DNA of 64,000 nucleotides from an uncultured Planctomycetota bacterium (GCA_963845755.1 CAWJTV010000013.1:192001-256000); one strand, 5' to 3'; positions 33,103-44,699 are shown, counted from the stretch's first letter. Numbers and translations are program-made. Notes: generated by a model from the sequence alone, not told the origin.

Positions 33103-34537
33103 ATGGCGCTGATGACGGCGACGGCCGAGCCCCCCTCGTTGGAATGGGAATGGAAGCGATGGCCACAGACCGAGACATTCGTCGACGAGCTGATCGCGAT
33201 AGCCCTGGAGGGGAATGGCTTCGCGCGCGTGCTGGCCGACCGCCTGCCGCGCGAGACCGGGACGCGGTTCGCGATCTGGATCGATCACCTGGTGGTCACC
33301 GGCGGGCCGGGCCTGTCGGCTCGGCTCGGGGCCCTGGGTTATGAACGCCAGCCGAATCCCTATGGGGTCGGCGTGCCGGTCTTCGCCCATCCTGGCGGGA
33401 TCTTCCCCCGGATCGCGCTGGCCATCGGCGGCTCGGGCAACTCGGACGGAATACCATCCGGCGTGCGAGAAGTCGCGATCAAGGTGGATTCGGTGGCGGC
33501 GTTCTCCCGCGCCCACGACCTGGGGCTGGAGATCGTCGGGTATCCGATGGGTCCCTACCGAATCGCTCGGGTTCCGGGCGAACGGACGACGCTGGCGGTC
33601 GTCGAGCGGCGCGGTTATCTGGGATTCGAACCGTTCCCCGGCGAGCTGGCCCGGGACGGCCGGATGAAGCCGCACGCCGCCCGCGACGCCCTGGCGGCGC
33701 TCGACCTCTGGCGGGCGCGCCGGCGTCGCTTCGATGACGACGCCGAAGGGCTCACCGCGACCGAGAACACTCTGGAGCGAGTCATCGAGCTCGCGGGTTC
33801 GACCGACCTGGCCTGCCATCTCGTCTTCGAGGCCGAGCGCGAGTACTGGCAATCGCGCAACGCCACCGCGCGCGTCCAGAAGGACCGGCAGGACCGGTTC
33901 GGCCTGGGCTGGGCCAACCACGACCACCATACCTTCCGATGCTCGCGACGGTCCTTCCCGCGGCTCATGGGCCTCTTCACCCGGCTGGGCTTCCAGCTCC
34001 GCGAGCGGTTCCATGCGGGCGCAGCACGCAGGCTGGGGCGCCCAGATCCTGGAGCATCCGGTCACGGGCATCGTGATCTTCGCCGACCTCGACCTCGCCC
34101 CGGAGGAAGCGACCGAGGACTTCGCCCATCAAGTACTCCCCGACCTGCCCCGGCCCGGGACGGTCGGCCTCTGGGTTGCACTCCACGGCGAGTCGATCCT
34201 CGAATCCGGGATGCATCACCTGGAAGCCCAGTTCGACTTCGACTCTTTGCGCGATGGGCTCAAGGCCGAGTCCGGCATCGAGACCATGGCCCCCTTCTCG
34301 AACTTCCCGTTCCTCCGGCAAGCCTTCACGGCCGGCGAGCGGTGGTCTGTTTCCCAGCACCGCGCCGACCGGGCACTCCACCTCGGTTGGATCGACGCCG
34401 ATCAACATCAGAAGTTCCTCCGGGAAGGGACGATCGGAAGCCATCTCGAGAACCTGGAGCGGCGCGAAGGTTACAAGGGCTTCAACCAGCAGGCCGTCAG
34501 CGCGATCATCGCCGCGACCGATCCGCGCCTGCATTAA
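33103..34537 (+). CDS. Conserved hypothetical protein, probable VOC-fold (HPPD/HglS-like) dioxygenase (frameshift near 34020)
   Basis: NHDHHTFR, GMHHLE and C-terminal ENLERREGYKGFNQQAVSAII. Confidence 0.6.
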
Positions 34538-34604
34538 TCGTAGGGTGCTCTGCAAGCACCGATTGATCGTCGAAGCCGATGTCGGGGACTCACCGAGGAA
34601 CCGC

Positions 34605-36254
34605 ATGACCGTGATACCTGCCGATGCCCGCGTCGTTGCCCGCCACCAGACCGAACGCGACCTGCGGGCGCTGACGGCCGAGCTTCTGGAAGACGAGGAA
34701 CGCCTCCGCCTCGGGGGCGGACTGGAGGCGGTCGAGCGTCAACATGCCAAAGGGAGGAAGACGGCGCGCGAGCGGATCAATGGGCTGCTGGATCCCGGCG
34801 CGCCACCCTCGAGCTGGGTCTGTGGGCCGGATACCAGATCTATGATGAGTGGGGCGGCGCCCGGCGCGGGGGTCGTCACGGTGATCGGATCGGTCCATGG
34901 CCGCCGCGTGATGATCGTGGCCAACGACGCCACGGTCAAGGCGGGCGCATGCTTCCCGTTGACGATCAAGAAGATCTTGCGGGCCCAGACGATCGCCGGT
35001 CAGAATCGGCTGCCGCTGGTCTATCTCGTCAACTCCTCGGGCGTCTTCCTGCCGATGCAGGACGAGGTCTTCCCCGACGAGGACGACTTCGGACGGATCT
35101 TTCGCAACAATGCGGTCCTCTCGGCGCGGGGGATCCCGCAGCTCGCCGCGATCATGGGGAACTGTGTCGCGGGCGGCGCCTATCTGCCGGTCCTGTGCGA
35201 CACCGTGCTGATGACCGAGGGATCCGGTCTCTACCTGGCCGGCCCGGCGCTGGTGAAAGCCGCGATTGGCCAGGAGATCGCGCATGAGGACCTGGGAGGC
35301 GCCCACGTCCACGCGGCAATCAGCGGGACGGTCGATTACCGCGAGCCGGACGACGATGCCTGCCTGGCGCGCTTGCGACGGCTGATCGCCCTGTTGCCCC
35401 CCGACCCCGAGTCGATCTCCGGCCGGATCGCCATCGAGCCGCCATCGCGACCCTCGGATGACGTGTATTCGATCGTCCAATCCGACCCCTCGCTCCAGTA
35501 CGATGTACGAGACCTGCTCGCAGCGATCCTCGACGGCGGCCGGCTCGATGAATACCGCGCCGAGTTCGGCCGGACGCTGGTCTGCGGATTCGGCCGGATG
35601 GGCGGGATCGCGCTCGGGATCGTGGCGTCGCAACGGCTCCGGTTCCGGCCCGAGGGCGGCGGCCCGTTCCAGTTCGGAGGCGTGATCTATGGCGACAGCG
35701 CGGACAAGGCCGCGCGGTTCGTGCTCGAGTGCAATCAGAGCCGGCTGCCGATCCTCTTCATTCAGGACGTCAATGGCTTCGACGTGGGCCGCGATGCCGA
35801 GCGTAGCGGGATCATTCGCCGCGGGGCCAAGCTGGTCAACGCGGTGAGCAACAGCACGGTCCCGAAGTTGACGCTGATCGTGGGTCACTCCTTCGGAGCG
35901 GGCCACTATGCCCTCTGCGGCCGTGCCTTCGACCCTCGTTTCCTCTTCGCCTGGCCGTCGGCACGATACGCCGTCATGGGCGCGCAGCAAGCGGCGAAGA
36001 CCATGCTGGATGTCAACGTCGCCACGCTCAAACGCCAGGGCAAGAAGGTCGACGATGCCGAGCTCGCCGCCATGGCCGAGGAGTTACGCGGTCGTTACGA
36101 CCACGAGACCGACATCCGCTACGCCGCCGCCCGATTGTGGCTCGACGCGATCATCGCCCCGGACAATACGCGCGAGGTCTTGACGATGGCCCTGGACGTC
36201 GCGGTCCGGAACCGCGAGGCAGTGCCTGTGGGCACGGGGGTGTTTCAAGTCTAG
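34605..36254 (+). CDS. Acyl-CoA carboxylase carboxyltransferase subunit (MccB/AtuC-like)
   Basis: ANDATVKAG, GNCVAGGAY, LAGPALVKAA, AWPSARYAVMG. Confidence 0.92.
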   Translation: MTVIPADARVVARHQTERDLRALTAELLEDEERLRLGGGLEAVERQHAKGRKTARERINGLLDPGAPPSSWVCGPDTRSMMSGAAPGAGVVTVIGSVHGRRVMIVANDATVKAGACFPLTIKKILRAQTIAGQNRLPLVYLVNSSGVFLPMQDEVFPDEDDFGRIFRNNAVLSARGIPQLAAIMGNCVAGGAYLPVLCDTVLMTEGSGLYLAGPALVKAAIGQEIAHEDLGGAHVHAAISGTVDYREPDDDACLARLRRLIALLPPDPESISGRIAIEPPSRPSDDVYSIVQSDPSLQYDVRDLLAAILDGGRLDEYRAEFGRTLVCGFGRMGGIALGIVASQRLRFRPEGGGPFQFGGVIYGDSADKAARFVLECNQSRLPILFIQDVNGFDVGRDAERSGIIRRGAKLVNAVSNSTVPKLTLIVGHSFGAGHYALCGRAFDPRFLFAWPSARYAVMGAQQAAKTMLDVNVATLKRQGKKVDDAELAAMAEELRGRYDHETDIRYAAARLWLDAIIAPDNTREVLTMALDVAVRNREAVPVGTGVFQV

Positions 36255-36490
36255 ATCGGCGGCGTTCAGGAAGTCGATGACGAACCCCGTGCGCACGATC
36301 CGCCCTTCTTCGTAATGATCCCATACCTTCTTGGATGCCGGTTTCATTTGCCTCGCCTCCGCATCCGCCTGACAATGGAGACGCGAGAGGAACCTCAATC
36401 AGAGGGCCCCGAGTCACAAATTGCGACTTTCTTGATTCTCAGATAACATGCAACTTGCGTCAATCCGACCCGTGGTCAAGGTTGATAACG

Positions 36491-37907
36491 ATGGAACGCC
36501 GTGTCGCCACTCCTCTTCCGAGAACTCTACGTGTCGGCAACGGCGCCGGCTTCTGGGGCGATAATCTCGATGCGCCCTACCTGTTGGCCCGCGACGGACA
36601 TCTCGAGGTGCTCACGCTCGAATACCTCGCCGAGCTGACCATGGCCATCCTGAGCCATCTGCGGAGCAAGAGTCCGGCGGCGGGTTATGTGACCGACGTC
36701 CCCGAGCTGGTCGAGCGGCTGGTGCCGATCCTCCGCGATCAGCCGGGACTGCGGATCGTCACCAACGGCGGGGGTCTGAATCCGAGATCGTGCGCGACGC
36801 GCTGCGGAGAGATCCTGTCGCGGGCCGGGGCCGGAGAGACGGTCATCGGGGTGATCACGGGGGATGACGTGCTGGACCGCATCCCCGGATGGATCGGCGA
36901 GGGGATCGACCTGGCCCATCTCGAGACCGGCGAGCCGATCACTAGTGTTGCCGGGCGGCTGGTGGCGGCCAACGTCTACCTCGGGGCGCGGCCGATCGCG
37001 GCGGCGCTGCAAGGCGGATCGCGCGTGGTGCTGACCGGACGGGTCGCCGATGCCTCGTTGACCCTCGGTCCGGCGGCGGCCCATTTCGGCTGGTCGTGGG
37101 ACGACTGGAACCGGCTGGCCGGGGCCTCGACCGCCGGTCACCTGATCGAGTGCGGCGCCCAGGCGACGGGCGGGTTGTGGAACGACTGGGCCGAGATCCC
37201 GGACCTCGCGGGGATCGGCTACCCGATCGCCGAGATCGCCGAGGATGGCTCGTTCGCGATCACCAAGCCGGTGGGGACCGGCGGGAAAATCAGCGTCGGG
37301 ACCGTTACCGAACAGCTCCTCTACGAGATCGATGACCCGTCGCGGTATCGAACTCCCGATGTGGACGTGGATTTCACGCGGCTGTCGATGACCGAGCCGG
37401 AGACGGATCGCGTGGTCGTGACCGGTGCGGCCGGGAACTCGCCATCGGACCGGCTCAAGTTGGTGGGCGTCTACCGGGACGGCTGGACCGCCAGCGGCAT
37501 GCTGGCCGTGGTGGGCCGTGATGCCGAGGCCAAGGCGCGCGGGCCGGCGCGGTGATCCTCGAGCGCGTCCGCGCGCGGGACTTGAGCTGGCGGATACGCT
37601 GGTCGAATGCCTCGGAGCGGGAGACGTGGCACCTGGGGTGATCCGCCCGACGGCTCCCTCGTTCGAGGTCGTCCTGCGCGTGACGGTCCGCGATCCCAAT
37701 CGGCACGCGGTTGAGCGATTCTGCCGGGAGCTGGCGCCCCTGGTCACCGCCGGACCGCCCGGGATCGCCGGCTATGCCTCCGGACGGCCCACACCGCGAC
37801 CTGCCTTCGGATACTGGCCGGCCCTGGTGCCCCGTTCGCTGGGCGAGGACCGGGTCGGCCTCGACGCCCGGCCTGCCTCGGCCTGGATGGGGGCGTCGGC
37901 AATGTGA
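36491..37907 (+). CDS. Acyclic terpene utilisation AtuA family protein (frameshift near 37550)
   Basis: GNGAGFWGD, EYLAELTM, ANVYLGA, GHLIECGAQATGG, EQLLYEI. Confidence 0.88.
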
Positions 37908-37955
37908 TGCGAATCGGAGACGAGTCCTTGACGACACGGTGAGTGAATCCCGACT

Positions 37956-38325
37956 ATGCTTGAACACTCGCGATCGATACGGCTGGGGGAGTTGGCGCAG
38001 CACGCGCAGCGGCGACAAGGGAGATCGCTCCAACATCGGCGTCGTCGCGCGCGATGACTCGGCCTACGCCTGGCTCGAAACGAATATGACGGAAGCAGTC
38101 GTCTCCGAGTTCCTGCGGCCGTTGGGGATCGCGTCCGTCCGACGTTACGAGCTGCCTCGGCTCCACGCATTCAACTTCGTCATCGACCATGCCCTGGCGG
38201 GCGGGGCCAGTCGGTCCTTGCGCCTGGACACGCAGGGCAAGGCGCTTGGGGTCGTGCTCCTGGAACTTCCCCTACCGGCACCGGACGATCGACCCATCAC
38301 GGAATCGGAGGTCTCGAAATCATGA
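37956..38325 (+). CDS. AtuA-related small protein (frameshift near start)
   Basis: RSGDKGDRSNIGV...VRRYELP...SLRLDTQGK. Confidence 0.8.
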
Positions 38326-39117
38326 GCACACGTCCGCTGATCCGCGAGAATCGTGGAGCTGTCGCGGTTTTCACGCTCAACCGCCCCGAGCGTCGCAATG
38401 CCTTGTCGCGTGCGCTGCTGGCCCAGCTCCGCGACGCGGTCGACGATGTCGGCGTCGATCTGGGGGTCCGGGTTGTCGTATTGACGGGGGCCGGAGCCGC
38501 GTTCTCCACGGGCATGGACCTCAAGGAGGCCGCGGACATGCACGCCGCGCCCGACGGCGAACACGCGATGGTCGCCGTCTCGAAGGAATTCGCCGATTTG
38601 CTCCAGTGTATCCACACCCTCTCCAAACCGGTGATCGCCGCGGTCAACGGCGACGCGATGGCCGGCGGTGCCGGCCTGATGGCCGCCTGCGACCTGGCCG
38701 TCGCCGCCGAGACTGCCCGCATCGGCTATCCGGAAGTCCGGCGCGGGCTGGTTGCCGCGATCGTGATGCACGACCTGATCCGGCAGGTCGGCGACCGTCT
38801 GCGCGCGCCAACTGCTCCTGACCGGCGACTTGATCTCCAGCAAGGTGGCTCATGACTGGGGCCTCGTCAATACCGTCACGCCGCCCGAGCGTTGTCTCGA
38901 GGAGGCGATCCGGATGGCCGAGGGCCTCATCGCGAATGGGCCGATCGCCCTGGCGACGACCAAGCGGATCCTCGATGAGGCCGAGGGCCGCCCGCCGAAC
39001 CTCCGGGGAGCCGCGGCGATCAGTGCCGTCGTCCGGGCCTCCGAGGAGGCCCATGAAGGCATCAGCGCGTTCGTCGAGAAGCGAACGCCGCGATGGGCCG
39101 CCTCGAAACCGGGTTAG
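38322..39117 (+). CDS. Enoyl-CoA hydratase/isomerase (frameshift near 38800)
   Basis: LNRPERRNAL, FSTGMDL, KPVIAAVNG.AMAGG, EGISAFVEKR. Confidence 0.92.
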
Positions 39118-39328
39118 CCAGAAGTCGAAGGGCATTCCAGATTCCGGATTCGAGATTCCGGATTCTCGGGCCCTGGTGTCGAAGGTATGATTCGAATCCC
39201 ATCGATCGAGGTCCTTGAAACCGGGTTGGCCAGAAGTCGAAGGGCATTCCAGATTCCGGATTCGAGATTCCGGATTCTCGGGCCCTGGTGTCGAAGGTAT
39301 GATTCGAATCCCATCGATCGAGGTCCTT
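39105..39328 (+). repeat. Tandem duplication, 2 x 112 bp, containing gattccg-type heptamers
   Basis: Units start at 39105 and 39217; one mismatch seen (ttagcc vs ttggcc). Confidence 0.9.
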
Positions 39329-39361
39329 TTGAGGATCTGGAATTGACGAGGAGGACCCATC

Positions 39362-41047
39362 ATGACCCGGGATACTGCGAAGATGCTCCCCTGGGTGGCC
39401 GGTGAGACAGTCGGGGACGTGCTGGGACGCACGGCTGGGCTGTATCCCGACCGCGATGCCCTGGTCTTCCCGGGCCTGGGACTTCGCTGGTCGTGGCGCG
39501 AGCTGGACGAGCGCGTGGACCGGATCGCCGCGTCCTTGATCGGCCGGGGAGTCGCGCGGCGAGCATGTCGGCATCTGGTCGATGAACGTCCCGGAGTGGG
39601 TGATCACGCAGTTCGCCGCCGGCCGGATCGGCGCGGTGCTCGTGAATGTGAACCCCGCCTATCGACTCCAGGACCTGAAGGACGCCCTGGCGATGGCCGA
39701 CGTGGCGACGCTGATCGTCGGCGCCCGTTCAAGGGGTCGGACTTCGTGGCGATGGTCGAGTCGCTCTGCCCCGAGGTGGCCGCCGCGACGTCGCGCGACT
39801 GGTCGTCCGCGCGGTTCCCCCGGTTGAAGCGGCTGATCGCACTGGGCGACCGGCCCGGTCCGGGCTGGTCGACCTGGTCCGAGCTGGAGGAGGGCGATGA
39901 GGCATCGCGGGCCGAGCTTGCGGATCGTGCCCGGTCCGCCCGCGCGGGCGACATCTACAACATCCAGTTCACCTCGGGCACGACCGGCCTGCCCAAGGGC
40001 GCGATGCTTACACACCGAAATGTGCTCATGAATGCGTTTTACACGGGCGAGCGGCTGCGCTACTCGGCCGACGATCGCGTCTGCGTGCCGGTGCCGTTCT
40101 ACCATTGTTTCGGCTGCGTGCTGGGCACCCTGGTCTGCGCGGTGTATGGGTCGGCGATCGTGGTGCCGGCCCCGTCGTTCGACGCGGGCGCGACCCTCTC
40201 GGCCATCGCCGTCGAGCGCTGCACGTCGGTCTACGGCGTGCCGACGATGTACGTGGCCCAGCTCGAACATCCCGAGTTCAGCCGGTTCGACCTGGCAAGC
40301 CTGCGGACCGGGATCATGTCGGGGGCGCCGTGTCCCTTGCCCCTGATGGAGAAGGTCGTGAGCTCGATGGGGATTCGCGAGATCTGCATCGGTTACGGCC
40401 AGACCGAAGCCTCGCCGATCATCACGTTCACCGACGTGGACGATCCGATCGAGGTCCGGGTCGGGACGGTGGGCCACCCGATCCCGGGGCTGGAGGTCAA
40501 GCTGGTCGACCCCGCGACCGGGCAAGAGCTGGGCATCGATCGGCCGGGCGAGCTCTGCGTGCGCGGACATTGCGTGATGGCCGGCTATTACAACAGCGCC
40601 GAAGCGACGGCGCGCGCCATCGACGGCGACGGCTGGCTCCATACCGGTGACCTGGCTCGCCGCCGCGCGGACGGCAACTACCGGATCGTCGGCCGGAGCA
40701 AGGAGATGATCATCCGGGGCGGCGAGAACATCTATCCCGCCGAAGTCGAGGAGTTCCTGCACCATCATCCGGCGGTGGCCGAGGTCGCCGTGGCCGGGCT
40801 CCCCGACGCCCGGTACGGCGAGGTGGTCGCGGCCTGGGTCGTGACCAGATCCGGCGCCGGCGTCACTCCGGACGACCTGAAATGTTACTGTCACGGCCAG
40901 ATTGCTCACTTCAAGATCCCGAAACACATCATGATCGTCGAGAGCCTTCCGCGGACGGTCACCGGGAAGATCCGCAAACACGTGCTCAGGGAAAACGCGA
41001 TCGGCGCGTTGGAACTCGGGGAAGCTGCGCGGATCGAGACGGCTTAG
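39362..41047 (+). CDS. AMP-binding acyl-CoA synthetase (compensating frameshifts at about 39560-39725)
   Basis: FTSGTTGLPKG, YGQTE, HTGD, IIRGGENIYP, TGKIRK. Confidence 0.93.
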   Translation: MTRDTAKMLPWVAGETVGDVLGRTAGLYPDRDALVFPGLGLRWSWRELDERVDRIAASLIGRGVARRACRHLVDERPGVGDHAVRRRPDRRGARECEPRLSTPGPEGRPGDGRRGDADRRRPFKGSDFVAMVESLCPEVAAATSRDWSSARFPRLKRLIALGDRPGPGWSTWSELEEGDEASRAELADRARSARAGDIYNIQFTSGTTGLPKGAMLTHRNVLMNAFYTGERLRYSADDRVCVPVPFYHCFGCVLGTLVCAVYGSAIVVPAPSFDAGATLSAIAVERCTSVYGVPTMYVAQLEHPEFSRFDLASLRTGIMSGAPCPLPLMEKVVSSMGIREICIGYGQTEASPIITFTDVDDPIEVRVGTVGHPIPGLEVKLVDPATGQELGIDRPGELCVRGHCVMAGYYNSAEATARAIDGDGWLHTGDLARRRADGNYRIVGRSKEMIIRGGENIYPAEVEEFLHHHPAVAEVAVAGLPDARYGEVVAAWVVTRSGAGVTPDDLKCYCHGQIAHFKIPKHIMIVESLPRTVTGKIRKHVLRENAIGALELGEAARIETA

Positions 41048-41089
41048 AGTCTACCTTCGTAGGATTCCTGCGCTGTGCGCTTCTGGGGA

Positions 41090-41172
41090 ATTCTGGATTC
41101 GAGATTCGAGATTCCCGATGGAACGATTTCGGGATCGGGAATCGGGAATCTCGAATCGGGAATCTCGAATCC
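41090..41172. repeat. Heptamer stutter (gattcga/gaatcgg type) forming an imperfect hairpin
   Basis: Visible 7-mer periodicity; similar tracts at 31413-31460 and 60857-60922. Confidence 0.6.
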
Positions 41173-41277
41173 CTCTTGGGTTGCGGCCGAAGGCCGCGTT
41201 AGTCGTCGCGGGCGGGCCGGGCACGATGCGGAAGCACAGTGCCCGCGCCGCCGGGGCTCCACGGGCCGGTCGCAGCA

Positions 41278-42210
41278 TCAGCTCGGGGGAGAGGAGAGCA
41301 TGACGCCGGAAACGGTGTCCTTGTTGAGTTGGTGCGAGCCGTCGGGCCATCTGGTCGTCACGGTCGCGCTCGATTGCCACGCGCCCTGACTGATATCCAC
41401 TTCATGCACTGTATAGGTAATTCCATTCGATTCATAATACGACCTGTTGATGACGGTTCGATTCCCGTGGTTGACGGAATTGACCGTGAACGTAACGGTG
41501 ACGCCATCGGGCCGCTCGAAAGACCCGCTATAAAGGATCTTGTGAGGAGGCACGAACGTGTCCGTACGGGTCTCGGTCTCGATCTGGCCGTTTGGTTCGG
41601 TGACGGTGTTCTGGTAGAAAACGCCGCCCGGGATCGCGGTGTAGTGATCCACCACGGTCTCCGTTCCCTCCGTACCCGGCAGGGTAATCTTCTCAGTAAC
41701 TGTCACGGTCTGGTTGTTGAGTACAAACGTCTCGTCGTCCGTCTGGCTAAGGCCGTCGTAGTAAGTGGTCGTCCACTGCTCGTAAACGGGAAGGCCGGCA
41801 GCGAGGCCCGCCGCCTCCCGCGGAAAAACGTCCAAGATGGGCGGGAGGGGCGCCGCCCGAGCGACGATGGCGTGCTCAGCCTTCATGGCGTGGCCGAAGG
41901 AGCTCAAGGCGATGCGCCCCTCCAACGACAACATCGCGCCAGGGTGGAAGCGTTGAGACGGTCGCACGCCCGAACGCCCCTCAGCCACGAGTACGCCGAA
42001 GGCCCCTCCAATACAGGTCCCGAGGGACATGCTGAACAAAAGGATCGGCACAGCCATACCGGTCTCCGAACTGATCCTTGACCGACCTCCCTGGTCGAGC
42101 CACCAACCGATGGCGACCCCGACGATTCCACCGATCGCCGCACCGATCACGATGCGACGGACAACGGACAACGCGCCGTGGACTTCCTGAGCGGGTTTCA
42201 TGGAAAGCAC
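41278..42210 (-). CDS. Hypothetical Thr-rich exported/membrane protein
   Basis: Two N-terminal hydrophobic helices, then RFHPGAMLSLEGRIALS, then a beta-rich Thr domain; start uncertain. Confidence 0.6.
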   Translation of the reverse strand: MLSMKPAQEVHGALSVVRRIVIGAAIGGIVGVAIGWWLDQGGRSRISSETGMAVPILLFSMSLGTCIGGAFGVLVAEGRSGVRPSQRFHPGAMLSLEGRIALSSFGHAMKAEHAIVARAAPLPPILDVFPREAAGLAAGLPVYEQWTTTYYDGLSQTDDETFVLNNQTVTVTEKITLPGTEGTETVVDHYTAIPGGVFYQNTVTEPNGQIETETRTDTFVPPHKILYSGSFERPDGVTVTFTVNSVNHGNRTVINRSYYESNGITYTVHEVDISQGAWQSSATVTTRWPDGSHQLNKDTVSGVMLSSPPS

Positions 42211-42429
42211 TCCTCGATGTTGCAGACACGTGCAGGATCGTTGATCTCTAGAAGCAGCATGACGAATTGGGCCGGGTTAGAGCGCCTCGCACTTGGGTTG
42301 CGCACGCGATGACGGTCGATCAGGGGCGGCCTGAAAGGCCGCAGGAGCCTCTCCGGCACCCCTACAGGGTGCACGAATAGAGTGCCGGGCCCGAGTCCTG
42401 GGGTTTCACCCCAGGCTATGCTCCTATGA

Positions 42430-44430
42430 CCCCAACAGAGTGGCATATAGCCCGTTGATACCTGATACTGTCATCCCTCTGAGCCGCCTCAGAGGGCGTT
42501 GAACCCGACCCTGACGCCGGATTGCTGCTTGCATGGAGGTGATCGTCCTCGCGACGTCCTACCACGGAGAGCGGACATGACACGACGATCGGCCTTGGGA
42601 CGGCACAGCCTCCGCATCCACCGGGAGTTCGTCCCCTCCCGCTGCCAGCTCCGCGCCCTGGCCTTGGCCTTCGAGCAGGCCCTCCCCATCATCCGGAGGC
42701 CGCTGACGACGCCGGCACGACCACAAATGTTCGTTGATTCTGATTTGAATTCGTTCACACAACCAGGCCGTTCGGGGGCCCTCCGATGACCGAACCCATC
42801 GACCGCCGCGCCGCCTTGTACGCCAGGGTCTCCACCGAACAGCAGGCCCAAGAGGACACGATCGCCAGTCAACTCGATCTGTTGCGCCGGCGGATCCAGG
42901 CCGATGGCCTGACCGTCGCCCAGGAACTCCAATTCGCCGACGACGGTTATTCGGGCGAGACCTTCCGGCGCCCCGCCCTGGAACGGTTGCGCGACACGGC
43001 CGCCGCCGGGGCGATCGACCGGATCTACATCGAGTGTCCCGACCGATTGGCACGGGATTACCCGTATCAGATGGTCGTGGTTGACGAGCTGCGCCGCCAG
43101 GGCGTCGAGGTCGTCTTCCTCAATCACGACCTCGATGAGAGCCCCGAGGGTCAACTGCTGTTGCAAGTCCAGGGGATCATCGCCGAATACGAGCGGGTCA
43201 AGGCCCGTGAGAAGTGTCGCCGCGGCCGGCTCTACGCGGCGCGGTCGGGCCAGGTCAGCGTCCTGGGCGGTGCCGCCTTACGGATACCATTACCACACCA
43301 AGCAGGAGGGAGGTGGCGCAGGCCCGGTATGTCGTCCAGTTCGCCGAGGCCCAGGTGGTCCGAGAGATCTTCACCTGGGTGGGGATCGAAGGATGTTCGC
43401 TCAGTCAGGTGTGCCGACGATTGCGAGAACGCGGGCTCCTTACCCGCACGGGCAAGGCGCATTGGGATCGGGCCACGGTCCTGGGCATGCTGCGCAACCC
43501 GGCTTACATGGGGACAGCCCACTTCAACAAGGTCCATTGCGTCCCGGCCCGTCCCCGGTTGCGCCCGCGTCGGGGAGTCCCCGAGTTTCCACGGCGACAC
43601 ACCGCCAAAGCGGCGACGCCCCCCGAGGACCAGATCCCGATCCCGGTGCCGGCGATCGTGGAGCCGGCCCTGTTCGAGGCCGTGCAGGAGCGGCTGGCGG
43701 AGCACCGCCGACATCCCGGCCAGGCGGCCCCCCGGCCGCGCCATCTGCTGGCGGGCTTGGTGGTGTGCCAGCGGTGTGGTTACGCGTATCGCGGTCGGGC
43801 CATGAAGAAGAAGGGAGGGAGTCGCTATGGCTATTACCGCTGTTATGGGGCGGAGGCCGAGTCCTTCGCCGGCCGGGCCCGGATCTGCGACAATCCGGCG
43901 ATCCGGATCGAACGTCTGGACGAGGCGGTGTGGTCCGATGTGCGCGGGTTGTTGCTGGAGCCGGAGCGGTTGGCTGAGGAATTCGAGCGGCGGTTGAGTC
44001 GGGCGAACCGAGGCGAGGGGACGACTCAGTCGAGTCGGAGCCTGGACAAGTTGATCGGTCAGGTCCGCCGCAGGCTGGCGCGGCTGGTGGAGATGTACGC
44101 CGACGGATACATCGAGAAGGAGAAATTCCAGAGAGATATGGATATTTCTCGAACACGAATGTCAGAATTGGAGTTGGAGCGTCGGGCGATGGACCAGGAG
44201 GAACAGCAACGGGAGGAGTTACGGTTGGTGATGGGTCGGATCGAGGAATTCGGGGCGCAGGTACGCGCCGGTTTGGATACCAGCGACGTGGCGACGCGTC
44301 GTCGGATCATTTGTGCACTGGTCAAGAAGGTCGAGATCGATGCGGAGGCGGTTCATATTGTGTATCGTGTGAGCCCTCGCCCTTTTGCCCAAACGGCCCC
44401 GACAGACGGTAACATGCCACACTGTTGGGG
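42430..44430 (+). mobile_element. Minimal large-serine-recombinase element (about 2.0 kb)
   Basis: 17-bp inverted ends ccccaacag(a/t)gtggcat at 42430-42446 and 44414-44430 enclose only two ORFs. Confidence 0.8.
42577..42789 (+). CDS. Small ORF coupled to the recombinase
   Basis: GGAG RBS; ATGA overlap with the recombinase start. Confidence 0.6.
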   Translation: MTRRSALGRHSLRIHREFVPSRCQLRALALAFEQALPIIRRPLTTPARPQMFVDSDLNSFTQPGRSGALR

Positions 44431-44503
44431 CCGTTCTACGGCCCTTCAGGCCGCCGGAAATCGGCTGTCCTTATGTGCGCAACCCACGCGTAAAGCGCTC
44501 TAG
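42786..44503 (+). CDS. Large serine recombinase (frameshift near 43270-43320)
   Basis: ALYARVSTEQQ, DDGYSG...RPALERL, PDRLAR, LRNPAYMG, LLAGLVVCQRCG..YYRC, coiled coil. Confidence 0.93.
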
Positions 44504-44699
44504 TGCCAGGTCTCGTTTCAGGCCGGTTCCTCCTCGCTTCGAGGAAAGGATCTCCCGTCCAGTCTCGCGACCGGGCGGGAGCAACCGCCTCCTTCACTTT
44601 CAATCGCGACCGGGCCACCCTCCAGACCAAGGATGACTTCCGAGAGCGGGTCTCCCCAGCGTACCTCGGGGGATCGGACGCTGGTCCGACCGGCGAAGA

